The notes: generated by a model from the letters alone, not told the origin. A stretch of DNA of 64,000 nucleotides from Chlorobiota bacterium (GCA_041596515.1 JBFHIJ010000003.1:82945-146944), one strand, 5' to 3'; positions 1-10,265 are shown, counted from the first letter of the stretch. Made by a program: numbers and translations.

Positions 1-1
1 T

Positions 2-295
2 AATATGCATCTCTGCAATTATGAGCTTTTATATACTCAATGCACCAATGAAAACGAAATTATAGTTGATTTACTAACAGCTTTCAATAAAAATGGTAAA
101 AAAGAGCAGTATCACTTACTCCAAAAATATTCTATAGATGGGGTTTTGTTAGGTGAAAAAGAATTCCCTCAAAATGGAGCAAAAGGTAATCTACAAAGAA
201 TAGCATATTCGAATGAAAGAGATGAATTCGTATTCCTAATTTTTGAAAATGACAGTTGGCATCTCTACTATGCTTCGCAGGAGGATGTATGGTAA
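2..295 (+). CDS. hypothetical protein, C-terminal fragment (ORF open to window start)
   Basis: Reading frame has no stop between nt 2 and TAA at 293-295, so the gene probably starts upstream of the window. No motif recognised. Overlaps the next start by 7 nt. Confidence 0.3.
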   Translation, partial: NMHLCNYELLYTQCTNENEIIVDLLTAFNKNGKKEQYHLLQKYSIDGVLLGEKEFPQNGAKGNLQRIAYSNERDEFVFLIFENDSWHLYYASQEDVW

Positions 296-738
296 AGAAA
301 ATATTTGATATTGCAATACTGATTATAGTTTTAGGACTAATCTTTGGTTTAGTCGTTTCAGCATTTTCTAAGAATAGTTCGGCTGCATCCAAATACCTTA
401 ATCTAAATAAAGAGAAATCAGCGTTGATATTTTTAAAATCAAACGAATGCCTTGGTTGTAATATTACCATGCTTCGGTGCTTCGAATATCTAAATGACAA
501 TCAAAATATCGAGGCAGTTGCAGCAGTCAAAGCGCGAAGAGCAAAAGAACTTGAAAAATTTAAAAAGTTATATAAGTGGAAAGGAAAAATGATTTTAAAC
601 AAAGGTGAAATACTCACAGATTTAGGTTTAAAATCAGATTGTTTTGTTTCAATATATGATAATGCCGGAGCACTGCTATTAGAAGTTTCTAGGGGCGACT
701 CTAAGGCATATAATAAAATCAAAAATGTTTTGAAGTAA
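289..738 (+). CDS. hypothetical membrane-anchored protein with single CxxC
   Basis: ATG at 289 is preceded by AGGAGG (278-283). N-terminal hydrophobic helix IFDIAILIIVLGLIFGLVV. One CLGC motif. No family recognised. The ORF-track start at 256 is less likely. Confidence 0.45.
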   Translation: MVKKIFDIAILIIVLGLIFGLVVSAFSKNSSAASKYLNLNKEKSALIFLKSNECLGCNITMLRCFEYLNDNQNIEAVAAVKARRAKELEKFKKLYKWKGKMILNKGEILTDLGLKSDCFVSIYDNAGALLLEVSRGDSKAYNKIKNVLK

Positions 739-782
739 AATTATTATTCATAAATAATATCAAATATAAATTGACAGTCCAA

Positions 783-821
783 AAGGTAGCTCAAAATAAA
801 AGAGTTGCCTTTTCTATTTTT
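783..821 (+). terminator. rho-independent terminator candidate
   Basis: AAGGTAGCTC / GAGTTGCCTT stem (two G:U pairs) followed by TTTCTATTTTT, 45 nt after the stop at 738. Confidence 0.5.
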
Positions 822-1091
822 ATACACTCTTGACATACCAAGCCACAAGTTATAGAGTTAGGCTTGTGCCTGATAAAATACTAATACAGTTATTATATTC
901 TGTAACATAGAAGCAGTACTCATCTTAATCCAATAATTTATACGGCTAGATTAATATCTATTTGCTTATAAAAATACCATATCTATAAGATTGAGTATTT
1001 TTGTTTTCTCTATAGAATTATAATTATTATTTTAGGAGATTGCAAAAACGATATAAAATTTGGTGATTTCATAACAATGTATTGGATGGGT

Positions 1092-1769
1092 ATGAAAAAG
1101 ATTCTATTAACCCTTGTAGCAGTTATAACTTTAGCTATTGCTGCTAATGCTCAAAATCTTCAAGTGCATTACGATTTTGGTGAAGATCGTGAGTATTATA
1201 CTACCACTTTTGAGATGTTCAAAACTGATGAGTATGGTAGTACTTTTACTTTTACTGATTTGGACTACGGTTCAGGTGGCAGTGTTTCAGGTGCTTATAT
1301 GGAGATAGCAAGAGGTCTCAAATTCTGGGATGATCCTATTGAAATTCATATTGAATATAATGGTGGTAACAGTGGTGGTTTTGCATTTAATAACGCATGG
1401 CTGCTTGGCGCTCACTACACTTTCGCCTCTCGCGACTTTTCCCGTATTTTTACATTTCAGGCTATGTATAAACATATAGAACATGCTGACTATGCTTCTT
1501 TTCAGTTGACAGGAGTATGGGCTCTACAATTCATGGATAATATGTTTACTTTCGCAGGCTTTGCTGATTTCTGGAAAGAAGAAACACCGGTATTTGATGG
1601 TGATGGCAATGAAGATGTGTCAGATTATATATTTCTTGCTGAGCCTCAAATATGGTACAATGTTTCTAAAAAGCTTTCTGTTGGTACTGAAATAGAGATA
1701 AGCAATAACTTTGCTGCAAATAAAGGAATGATGGTCAATCCGACTTTAGCTGTAAAATGGTCTTTTTAA
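1092..1769 (+). CDS. small outer-membrane beta-barrel, DUF5020/Tsx-like (putative nucleoside/nucleobase channel)
   Basis: Signal peptide MKKILLTLVAVITLAIAANA|Q. N-terminal NLQVHYDFG motif and alternating aromatic strands ending ...AVKWSF. Recalled as typical of Bacteroidota DUF5020 proteins. The stop is 33 nt upstream of a purine permease. Confidence 0.6.
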   Translation: MKKILLTLVAVITLAIAANAQNLQVHYDFGEDREYYTTTFEMFKTDEYGSTFTFTDLDYGSGGSVSGAYMEIARGLKFWDDPIEIHIEYNGGNSGGFAFNNAWLLGAHYTFASRDFSRIFTFQAMYKHIEHADYASFQLTGVWALQFMDNMFTFAGFADFWKEETPVFDGDGNEDVSDYIFLAEPQIWYNVSKKLSVGTEIEISNNFAANKGMMVNPTLAVKWSF

Positions 1770-1802
1770 TTTGAGTTTTGTAAATTATACAGATAAACTA
1801 TT

Positions 1803-3098
1803 ATGTTAGAAAAATTCTTTCAACTTTCGGAAAACAAGACTACAGTTAAGACGGAAGTCATAGCAGGGATTACTACCTTCATGACGATGGCATATATCTT
1901 AGCTGTAAATCCTGATATCTTATCAGCTACAGGAATGGATAAAGGAGCAGTCTTTTCTGCTACAGCAATTGCATCTATAGTTGCAACATTAGTAATGGCT
2001 TTGGTTGCAAAGTTGCCATTTGCCTTGGCACCCGGCATGGGATTAAATGCATTTTTTGCATTTACTGTTTGTCTTGGCATGGGATATTCATGGCAGTTTG
2101 CATTGACTGCTGTTTTTCTGGAAGGTATTATCTTTCTCCTACTGACATTATTTAACATCAGGGAGCTGATAATAAATGCTATACCAATAAATATGAAGCA
2201 TGCCATATCCGCAGGGATAGGACTCTTTATTGCATTTATAGGTATGCAAAATGCAGGTCTTATTATAAATAATGATGCAGTATTGGTAGGGTTAGGCAAC
2301 ATACATGATAAAAATGTTCTGATAATGCTCTTTGGTCTGATACTTAGTGGCGTGTTACTTGCTAAAAATGTAAAAGGTGCACTTCTTATCGGAATATTTG
2401 CGACTACCTTGTTAGGTATTCCATTTGGAGTAACTAACTTACCTGATCATAGTCTTATTTCTGCTCCGCCGAGTATCGCTCCTATTGCATTCCAATTTGA
2501 TTTTTCTCAAGTCTTTACTAAAGATATGTTGGTAGTGCTATTTACATTTTTGTTTGTAGATATGTTTGATACTGTTGGAACATTAGTCGGTGTAGCTTCA
2601 AAAGCCAATATGATAGACAAAGATGGCAAATTGCCTAGGGTAAAGCAAGCTTTGTTTGCTGATTCAATTGGAACAACTGTAGGTGCTATGTTAGGTACTT
2701 CTACAGTTACAACTTATGTCGAATCCGCATCCGGGGTTTCCGAAGGTGGTAGGACCGGCTTGACAGCTCTGACGACTGCTGGTATGTTCTTCTTTGCGTT
2801 ATTTTTAGCACCTTTATTTTTGATGGTTCCAACTGCTGCTACTGCACCGGCATTAATCCTTGTAGGTGCTTTTATGCTTTCACCAATATTGAAAGTAAGC
2901 TTTGACGACATCACAGAAACAATACCTGTGTTTTTGACAGTAATAATGATGCCATTGGCATATAGTATCGCAGAAGGTGTGGTTTTTGGTATGCTGTCGT
3001 ACGTAGTACTTAAAGTACTATCAGGCAAATTCAAAGATGTATCTTGGATTACAGTGGTCCTCGCGTCCTTATTTATCTTAAAATTTATTTTTGAATAA
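1803..3098 (+). CDS. NCS2/AzgA-family purine (adenine/guanine/hypoxanthine) permease
   Basis: 431 aa, about 12 hydrophobic segments. N-terminus FFQLSENKTTVKTEVIAGITTFMTMAYILAVNP is characteristic of AzgA/PbuG-type permeases. Confidence 0.85.
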   Translation: MLEKFFQLSENKTTVKTEVIAGITTFMTMAYILAVNPDILSATGMDKGAVFSATAIASIVATLVMALVAKLPFALAPGMGLNAFFAFTVCLGMGYSWQFALTAVFLEGIIFLLLTLFNIRELIINAIPINMKHAISAGIGLFIAFIGMQNAGLIINNDAVLVGLGNIHDKNVLIMLFGLILSGVLLAKNVKGALLIGIFATTLLGIPFGVTNLPDHSLISAPPSIAPIAFQFDFSQVFTKDMLVVLFTFLFVDMFDTVGTLVGVASKANMIDKDGKLPRVKQALFADSIGTTVGAMLGTSTVTTYVESASGVSEGGRTGLTALTTAGMFFFALFLAPLFLMVPTAATAPALILVGAFMLSPILKVSFDDITETIPVFLTVIMMPLAYSIAEGVVFGMLSYVVLKVLSGKFKDVSWITVVLASLFILKFIFE

Positions 3099-3121
3099 TC
3101 TTGTATTGCTTTGTAGATTTT

Positions 3122-3276
3122 AACCAGAGATTGGCATTAGTAAAGATTGGAAAGCATTAAAGTTGTTAACTGGCAATGGGTGTAAAACCCCTTGTTCCAA
3201 TAAGTAAATACCTAAGATTTGCTTACAGTGCAAGTGAGCATGCTCCTCGCTTCTTTTTTGCTACAATCTCTGGGTT
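3122..3276 (-). repeat. dispersed ~175-nt repeat family, diverged copy in reverse orientation
   Basis: Contains GGTGTAAAACCCCTTGTTCCAATAAG and AGTGAGCATGCTCCT, which are reverse complements of the family core TTGAACAAGGGGTTTCAA and AAGGAGCATGCTTACT. Lies between the permease stop and a bidirectional terminator. Confidence 0.7.
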
Positions 3277-3317
3277 TATAATAAGGATTCGAGTTAATTC
3301 CCTTATTGTAGCAAAAT

Positions 3318-3350
3318 AAAAGCTACCTCTTTTGTAAAGAAGTAGCTTTT
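3318..3350. terminator. bidirectional rho-independent terminator (permease / metG convergent pair)
   Basis: AAAAGCTAC ... GTAGCTTTT stem with A- and T-runs on both sides, 27 nt from the metG stop. Confidence 0.6.
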
Positions 3351-3376
3351 ATTACACATAATGATATTTATACTTA

Positions 3377-5572
3377 CTACCTTACTTCTGCTCCACCACC
3401 TATTTCAGCTTTCTCAGGAGAAATGAAGGATAGTTTGCCATCCTCTGTATTTGCAGCTAATATCATGCCTTGAGATTCAATTCCCATAATCTTAACAGGT
3501 TTTAGATTGGCTACCATTACTACTGTTTTGCCAACTAAGTATTCGGGGGCGTAGTGCTCTGCTATCCCTGCAACAACCTGCCTTTGCTCATCACCAAGTT
3601 TTACTTGCAATTTTAATAGCTTTTTAGATTTTTTCACTTTTTCTGCTTCTACGATGGTAGCAGTTCTGAGCTTTACTTTCATAAAGTCATCAAACTCTAT
3701 TACTTGCGACAGTTCTTCGGCTTTTGCCTTTTTAGCAGCAATTTTAGCAGCCGCTACTTTTAGTGATTCTACTTCTTTTTCTACGAATTCATCTTCAATT
3801 TTTGTAAAAATCAAATCCGGCTTCCTAAATGTATGTCCTTCTTCCACAGTTGGGTAAGCTGCGAGATACCATATATCTCTAAGCTCCTTGCCATTGTTTG
3901 CTTCGCCTGTATACGACTGCACTTCCAATATCTGACTGATTCGCTTAGACGCGAAAGGGACTATCGGAGCAAAAATGATAGATAGAGTATGTACAAGCTG
4001 GACACAGAAGTAAAGTGATTTGGCTGCTCTGTCAGCATCGTCTTTTACTGCTTTCCATGGTTCCTCATCATTGAAATATTTGTTTGCCGCACGAGCTACA
4101 TTCATTGTTTCCATTATTGCATCGCGGAAACGGAATCGCTCGTAGCAACTTGATATTTTATTTAAGCCCGAGTGTACTGCTTTTATAACTACCAAATCAT
4201 TATCTGACAGCTCTAAATAGTCGTCTCTGTTGATTTCTTTATCAGGATTTTCATTCATAAAATCAATTAGATTATTCCATTTTGCAGGAACCCTTGCGTA
4301 TTTCTCAGGTAGAGAAGGCACTTTAGCATCAAAGTTTTTATGTGTAAACTGCAGAGAGCGATTTACAAAATTGCCGAAGATAGCTGCCAGTTCGTTATTG
4401 TTTTTACTTTGAAAATCTTTCCAGGTAAAGTCAGCATCTTTTGTTTCCGGAAAATTGGTTGCCAAGGTATATCTTAGTGCATCTATGTAATATGTACCAC
4501 TGTGGTTTGAAATAAAGTCACGAAGGTCAATGCTCCAGTTCTTAGATTTGGAGAATTTTTCGCCTTCAAGATTTAAAAACTCATGAGCGGGTACGTTATC
4601 CGGCAAGATATATCCACTGCGAGCATGAAGCATAGCTGGAAAGATAAGTGTATGGAAGACTATATTGTCTTTACCGATGAAAGCAAGATATCTTGTCTCA
4701 TCGTCCTGCCACCATTTTTTCCAATCGTTCGGTCTGTCATGTTGTTTCATAAATTCTTTAGTAGCAGTAATGTATCCTAAAACTGCATCGAACCACACAT
4801 AGAGGACTTTACCTTCTGCTTTCTTTTTATCTACACCGGGGATTTCTTTAATTTTGACACCCCAGTCTAAATCTCGCGTTATAGCTCGCTCAGCTAATCC
4901 CTGTTTTAGCCAACTACGAGTTTGTTGGATTACGTTATCTTTCCAGTATTTTGATTTTTCTTCAATATATTTCTCTAAGAACTCCTGGAACATATCGAAC
5001 CTAAAGTACCAATGAGTAGTTTTTTTAACCTCAGGAGTACCCCCAGAAACAGTCGAAATTGGATTTTTCAGTTCTATCTGATTATAGTAAGCACCACATT
5101 TGTCACACTGGTCACCTCTGGCTCCATCCTCGCCGCAATTAGGGCAAGTGCCTTCCACATATCTGTCCGGCAAAAACATTTTTGCTTTCGGATCATAAAA
5201 CTGCTCTTCTTCTTTATCAATCAAATATCCTTTTTCCAGGAAGTCACCAAAAAACTCTTTAGCAGTTTCATGGTGTGATTCGATAGAAGTTCTGGAATAA
5301 TTATCAAAACTCATCCCGAAAGCTTCAAAAGCTGCTTTATTTGCAGAGTGGTATTTATCTATAATATGCTTAGGAGTAACTTTTTCTTTTTCTGCAGAAA
5401 TGGTAATAGCCACGCCATGCTCGTCAGAACCGCAAACGTACAGGATGTCCTCTCCCTTCAATCTGGAGTAGCGGGCATAAATGTCAGCAGGCAAGTAAGC
5501 TCCTGCAGCATGCCCAAGATGGATATACCCATTAGCATAAGGCAAAGCCGAAGTAATCAGAGTTCTTTTCAT
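3377..5572 (-). CDS. metG: methionine--tRNA ligase
   Basis: HIGH-type HLGH, KMSKS-type KFSKS, Zn knuckle CPNCG...CDKCG. C-terminal EMAPII/Trbp111-like tRNA-binding domain (KVKLRTATIVEAEKV...GMILAA). An alternative upstream ATG lies at 5584. Confidence 0.95.
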   Translation of the reverse strand: MKRTLITSALPYANGYIHLGHAAGAYLPADIYARYSRLKGEDILYVCGSDEHGVAITISAEKEKVTPKHIIDKYHSANKAAFEAFGMSFDNYSRTSIESHHETAKEFFGDFLEKGYLIDKEEEQFYDPKAKMFLPDRYVEGTCPNCGEDGARGDQCDKCGAYYNQIELKNPISTVSGGTPEVKKTTHWYFRFDMFQEFLEKYIEEKSKYWKDNVIQQTRSWLKQGLAERAITRDLDWGVKIKEIPGVDKKKAEGKVLYVWFDAVLGYITATKEFMKQHDRPNDWKKWWQDDETRYLAFIGKDNIVFHTLIFPAMLHARSGYILPDNVPAHEFLNLEGEKFSKSKNWSIDLRDFISNHSGTYYIDALRYTLATNFPETKDADFTWKDFQSKNNNELAAIFGNFVNRSLQFTHKNFDAKVPSLPEKYARVPAKWNNLIDFMNENPDKEINRDDYLELSDNDLVVIKAVHSGLNKISSCYERFRFRDAIMETMNVARAANKYFNDEEPWKAVKDDADRAAKSLYFCVQLVHTLSIIFAPIVPFASKRISQILEVQSYTGEANNGKELRDIWYLAAYPTVEEGHTFRKPDLIFTKIEDEFVEKEVESLKVAAAKIAAKKAKAEELSQVIEFDDFMKVKLRTATIVEAEKVKKSKKLLKLQVKLGDEQRQVVAGIAEHYAPEYLVGKTVVMVANLKPVKIMGIESQGMILAANTEDGKLSFISPEKAEIGGGAEVR

Positions 5573-5680
5573 ATCATTTTCCAAAATTCGATTTCAAATA
5601 ATCTAATATAGCAAATATAATAATATTTGCTGAAGTATAGTCAAATGTAATGGTAAAGCTCTTATATGTTTTGTGTAGAT

Positions 5681-5719
5681 AAAAAAAAACAGCCGGATAT
5701 CTTATTGTATATCCGGCTG
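5681..5719 (-). terminator. rho-independent terminator of the PGM/PMM gene
   Basis: CAGCCGGATAT / ATATCCGGCTG 11-bp stem. On the minus strand it is followed by a T9 run (A-run 5681-5689 on plus). Confidence 0.8.
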
Positions 5720-5826
5720 AAAAAGCAAATTAGATGTATTCACAAGATCCTTTTGCCCATAAAAAACCTTACAAACAGGCTTTAGAATTGTTTGTAAGAT
5801 TTATAATTATAATTATAGTAGTTCAT

Positions 5827-7215
5827 TTATAAATGCAAACCTGCATCCAATAATTTATTTACCATATCTATGGATTTAGCTTCAGAGTAGAAACGGAGCA
5901 GTGGTTCCGTGCCTGAAGCTCTGATTAGAAGCCATCCACCATCTACTATAAATTTGAAGCCGTCCTTTGTGTTAATATCTTTTACTTCAAAACCGGCTAG
6001 AGTCTTAGGTGCATTTTTAGCTGCAGTAAGCACTCTGTCTTTAACTTCCTGTGTTACTTTTACGTCACGGCGAGCATAGCGGTGAACTCCAAAGTCTTTA
6101 TCTAACTCTTCGCATAATTCTTTTAATGTCATATTTCGCTTAGCCATCACTTCTAATAGCAGTAGACCATTGAAGATCCCATCTCTTTCCGGGATATGAA
6201 GTTTCGTACCAAGACCGCCTGACTCTTCGCCCCCGATAAGGACTTTGCCTTGTGCCATAAGCTCTGCAGTATATTTAAAGCCGACCGGTGTTTCGTGTAA
6301 AGTTATTCCTTTTTCTTCGCAGTACATATTTACCATATTCGTAAGCGAAACGGTTTTTACCACTTCACCACGTAGACCTTTTTGCTCGTACAGATATCTC
6401 ATAAGTATCATAAACACTCTGTGAGAATCAACAAAATTGCCATCTTCATCTATAGTTCCAAGCCTGTCAGCATCGCCATCAGTTGCGAAACCAATAGTAT
6501 ATGGCCCTTCTTTGACTTTTTTCATTGTATCGCCAAGGCATTCGCCAATTGGCTCAGGATGATCTACATCACCAAACCCCGGATTCAAATCTGCATTAAC
6601 TTGGTCTATATCAGGCAATATTTCATTCAATACTCCTATGCCGGCACCGTGCATCGGGTCGAAAAGAATTTTGAAACTACCTTTTCGTATAGCATCCAAA
6701 TCTATGTTTGCTTTTACGTGCTCTAAGTAAGAGCTCTGCACATCAAGTATTTTTATTTTACCTGCGTCCACGTATTCCTGGAACGGCTTAAGACATATTT
6801 CAGGTTTTTCTTCAAGTATTGGTTTTAATTCTACTTCTAACTCTTTTACCTGCTCAGGAGTAGCCGGGCCACCGAAAGCTGCTTTCAGTTTATATCCGTT
6901 GTATACAGCAGGATTGTGGCTTGCAGTGATTACAACACCTAAATCGCATTCCATTTTCAGTGTTTGGAAAGAAAGCTGCGGAGTAGCTGCAAATTTTTCG
7001 CTCATAAGCACATTTATTCCGTTTTCAGCCAAGACCATCGCCGTTTCAGCAGTAAACTCTTTGCCTAGGAAACGGGTGTCGTAACCTATCATTAGCTTTT
7101 TCATGTTGTTTTTTTGCATATAGCGGGCAGTCGCAAGTGCCACAAAGCGGATATTTTCAAAAGTGAAATCGCGAGCAATCAAGCCTCGCCATCCGTCTGT
7201 ACCAAATTTAATCAT
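5827..7215 (-). CDS. phosphoglucomutase/phosphomannomutase family (alpha-D-phosphohexomutase)
   Basis: FGTDGWRG N-terminus, phosphoserine loop TASHNP, Mg site DGDADR, sugar loop GEESGG. Confidence 0.9.
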   Translation of the reverse strand: MIKFGTDGWRGLIARDFTFENIRFVALATARYMQKNNMKKLMIGYDTRFLGKEFTAETAMVLAENGINVLMSEKFAATPQLSFQTLKMECDLGVVITASHNPAVYNGYKLKAAFGGPATPEQVKELEVELKPILEEKPEICLKPFQEYVDAGKIKILDVQSSYLEHVKANIDLDAIRKGSFKILFDPMHGAGIGVLNEILPDIDQVNADLNPGFGDVDHPEPIGECLGDTMKKVKEGPYTIGFATDGDADRLGTIDEDGNFVDSHRVFMILMRYLYEQKGLRGEVVKTVSLTNMVNMYCEEKGITLHETPVGFKYTAELMAQGKVLIGGEESGGLGTKLHIPERDGIFNGLLLLEVMAKRNMTLKELCEELDKDFGVHRYARRDVKVTQEVKDRVLTAAKNAPKTLAGFEVKDINTKDGFKFIVDGGWLLIRASGTEPLLRFYSEAKSIDMVNKLLDAGLHL

Positions 7216-7605
7216 AATAATTTACTCTTATTTATGTTTAGCGATTCTGTTATATTTATTCTATTAGTAGATATTACAAAGAAGAAGTACTTTGGGTTTA
7301 ATTGTATTTGAAAAATACAAGAAAATATGATAGACTGAAGGCTGTTTGCCTTAAGGTTTCTAAATACAAACTTACAAAATGCCATTAGAGAATGCAACTA
7401 CACAAGTGTACTGATTTGATTTGATTCGAAGCGAAAGTTAGTTCGTTTTGTTTGTATGGATGTATAACAAAACAGGAATAATGATTAAAGGGTAGTTGTC
7501 GCATTTAAATAACTGTATATTTAAATATGTTATTTATCTGACTGTTCTAATGCAAATTCCAGATTATTATAGTATTTATTTGATATAAACAAATGGCTTT
7601 TTCCC

Positions 7606-8355
7606 CTACCCACGTAAACTTTTACTTAGTTTATCATATAGGCTGTCCGGCAGACATCTGATAAGATTGGAAATTAATCTCATTTGCCAAGGGAAATAGA
7701 TATGTTTTTTGTTCTTTAGGATATTTGTAGCAATTATCTTTGCTGCTCTTTCGGTTTCCATCAGAAACGGCATCTTGAATTTGTTCTTATCTGTAATGGA
7801 AGACTTTACAAACCCCGGGCGTATAGTTGACACTGTAATCCCAAGTGGTGCAAGTTCCGCTCTTGCAGATTCCATTGCGAGGCTTAGAGCTGCCTTGCTT
7901 GCTCCGTATGGTGCTGAGTTTTCAAATCCTCGAACATCTGCCATAGAACTAACAACTGATATATGTCCCTGTCCTTGATTTATCATCAGTGGAACAAGGT
8001 ATTCCATGCAGTGCAAAACGCTATAGAAATTAGTATCCATTACATTCCTAAAGTCAGACTCAACGGGCTGCTTGAAAAAGTACTTTCCACCAACTCCACT
8101 GTTAAGCACAGCAATATCAACACTACCCATTGAATTATTAGCGTTTTTTACTGCATGCTCAATATCTGATTTGATAGTTACATCGCATTTTGAAAAATAG
8201 ATCGAATTAGGACTGTGCCGATTAATATCTTTACTTATAGCCTCAAGCTTTTCAGTATTCCTTGAAGCGAGAAACAGTTTATGCCCTCTTTTTGATAAGT
8301 CATAAGCTAAAGCTTTACCTATGCCTGAGCTTGCTCCTGTAATAAAAATATTCAT
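7606..8355 (-). CDS. SDR-family oxidoreductase
   Basis: TGASSGIGKA cofactor motif directly after MNIFI. Catalytic YGASKAAL (YxxxK). The ORF-track start at 8394 adds 13 implausible residues. Confidence 0.85.
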   Translation of the reverse strand: MNIFITGASSGIGKALAYDLSKRGHKLFLASRNTEKLEAISKDINRHSPNSIYFSKCDVTIKSDIEHAVKNANNSMGSVDIAVLNSGVGGKYFFKQPVESDFRNVMDTNFYSVLHCMEYLVPLMINQGQGHISVVSSMADVRGFENSAPYGASKAALSLAMESARAELAPLGITVSTIRPGFVKSSITDKNKFKMPFLMETERAAKIIATNILKNKKHIYFPWQMRLISNLIRCLPDSLYDKLSKSLRG

Positions 8356-8417
8356 ATTTGTGTATTCATTGATAAGAAGACTATATATTATCAATATAAG
8401 CCTATCGGACTAATCTG

Positions 8418-8459
8418 CAAAAAGAAAAGTCGCTCAGAGTTATGGTGCACTGAGCGACT
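8418..8459 (-). terminator. rho-independent terminator
   Basis: AGTCGCTCAG / CTGAGCGACT 10-bp stem. The minus strand continues TTTTCTTTTT. It lies 24 nt downstream of the stop at 8483. Confidence 0.75.
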
Positions 8460-8482
8460 ATAAATATTATAAAATGCTATAA

Positions 8483-9802
8483 TTATTTAGCAAATTTTTG
8501 TCTAAGCAAATCGCCTATTTTTGGAGAGCTAATTTCTGTAAGTTCATAGCTAACTCTTGCACTTGGTCTTTCAATCTTGATAAAGCGATTTAAGTTAATC
8601 GGTGTGCCGATAACTACAGAATCACAATACGTATTATTGATAGTTGTTTCCAAATCTTTCATTTGGTCAATACCATATCCCATAGCCGGAAGTAAAATTC
8701 CTATTTCAGGATATTTATCAAATGTTTCTGTGATTTTGCCAACAGTGTATGGACGAGGGTCAACAAGTGCAATCGCACCATATCTGCGAGCGGCAACGAT
8801 TCCTGCTCCGAGATCCATTTCGCCATGAGTTAATGTAGGTCCATCTTCGACCACAAGCACTTTTTTACCTCTGATTAGCTCAGGCTTGTCCACAACTATA
8901 GAAGACGCAGCCATAATCACTTCTGCTGTTGGGTTATATTCTCTAATATTATCAAGTACATGATCAATATCTTCCGGATAAGCTGAATCTATTTTATTTA
9001 CAACAACAATATCAGCCATTCTAAGATTTACTTCACCAGGATAGTATGCTATTTCATGGCCCGGACGCAATGGGTCAACAACCACGATGTTTAAATCAGG
9101 CTTGTAGAAACTCATATCATTATTGCCACCATCCCACACGATAACATCAGCTTCTTTTTCAGCTTCTCGAAGAATTGCTTCATAGTCCACACCAGAGTAA
9201 ATCACACTACCCATAGCGATATGTGGCTCGTATTCTTCCATTTCTTCTATAGTACATTTGTGTTTAACTAAGTCCTCGATTTTAGCATAACGTTGTACTT
9301 TTTGAGCTTCTAAGTCACCATAAGGCATAGGGTGACGAATAGAAACTACCTTTTTACCCATTGCTATAAGTTGGCGGACTACTTCACGAGTAGTTTGAGA
9401 CTTACCACAACCTGTACGAACAGCACAAACAGAAACAACCGGTTTTGTGGATTGAATCATAGTAGGGCAAGAGCCCATCATAGAAAATTTGGCACCTGCT
9501 GCCATTACGCGAGAGCCAATGTGCATTACTGTATCGTAAGGTAAATCGGAGTACGAGAGAACACATTCGTGTACTTTATGTTCTTTGATGATTTTTTCCA
9601 ATTCTGATTCTGCCAAAATAGGAATCCCATCCGGATAAAGCTCCCCTGCAAGAGATGCGGGGTATTTTCTACCATCAATATCAGGAATTTGAGCAGCAGT
9701 AAAAGCCACTACTTCGTTAGTTTCATCATTTCTGTACATAGTGTTGAAGTTGTGAAAATCACGCCCTGCAGCACCAATAATAACAACACGATTCTTGTCC
9801 AT
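8483..9802 (-). CDS. P-loop GTPase-like protein, cyclic 2,3-diphosphoglycerate synthetase-like family (COG2403-type)
   Basis: Start MDKNRVVIIGAAGRDFHNF is preceded by GGGAGA. P-loop-like RTGCGKSQT and Walker-B-like VIVWDGGNND. Family assignment is from memory of cPGS-like proteins. Confidence 0.6.
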   Translation of the reverse strand: MDKNRVVIIGAAGRDFHNFNTMYRNDETNEVVAFTAAQIPDIDGRKYPASLAGELYPDGIPILAESELEKIIKEHKVHECVLSYSDLPYDTVMHIGSRVMAAGAKFSMMGSCPTMIQSTKPVVSVCAVRTGCGKSQTTREVVRQLIAMGKKVVSIRHPMPYGDLEAQKVQRYAKIEDLVKHKCTIEEMEEYEPHIAMGSVIYSGVDYEAILREAEKEADVIVWDGGNNDMSFYKPDLNIVVVDPLRPGHEIAYYPGEVNLRMADIVVVNKIDSAYPEDIDHVLDNIREYNPTAEVIMAASSIVVDKPELIRGKKVLVVEDGPTLTHGEMDLGAGIVAARRYGAIALVDPRPYTVGKITETFDKYPEIGILLPAMGYGIDQMKDLETTINNTYCDSVVIGTPINLNRFIKIERPSARVSYELTEISSPKIGDLLRQKFAK

Positions 9803-10087
9803 ATAATTCTCCCTAAAACTTATTATATAAAATCGAGTGATATAAAGCCTAAAACAGATTAAACATATTGCATGGAAACACATATTTATACAATATTGTT
9901 TATCTATTTTAATATTAGAATTATAATAGCTAAAATTTTAGTAATAAACAAGATATTATTTACAATATTACAATTTTCATCAATTAATACTTCATATTTC
10001 TACATAGTTATATTGATGTTATTTAAATTATAAACATTATTTAGGCACATATCGGTTAATATGCGGGGCGGTAAGGAATGATTTTAG

Positions 10088-10265
10088 TTCGGTGATGTCA
10101 TTAGATGCCATAAATAATGCTGTAAATGACCGTAGTATCAGGGCATATGCTTGTTTCTTCTGTAATACAATATTACGTAATGGCTTGTTGAACAAGGGGT
10201 TTCAACCCCCTTGCCATACAATGACTTTAGAGATTATTTATATTTTCAAATGACATTTTTAGGTT
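10088..10265 (+). repeat. dispersed ~175-nt repeat family copy
   Basis: GATGTCATTAG...GCTGTAAATGACCGTAG...ATTACGTAAT...TTGAACAAGGGGTTTCAACCCCC...CAAATGACATTTTTAGG aligns end to end with the other copies. Confidence 0.85.

Noticed and set aside
921-1000. Possible purine riboswitch near the porin/purine-permease operon (GATATGG and CCGTATAAAT-like strings)
   Set aside because: The motifs occur only on the minus strand, the wrong orientation for the operon. The J2/3 GTTTCTACC core and a P1 helix are also missing.
1820-3034. Minus-strand ORFs inside the purine permease gene (1820-2302, 2714-3034), and similar antisense ORFs inside metG, PGM, the RND pump, aconitase, trkH and others
   Set aside because: They are nested antisense to genes with strong family motifs, the typical spurious ORFs of AT-rich DNA with sparse stop codons.
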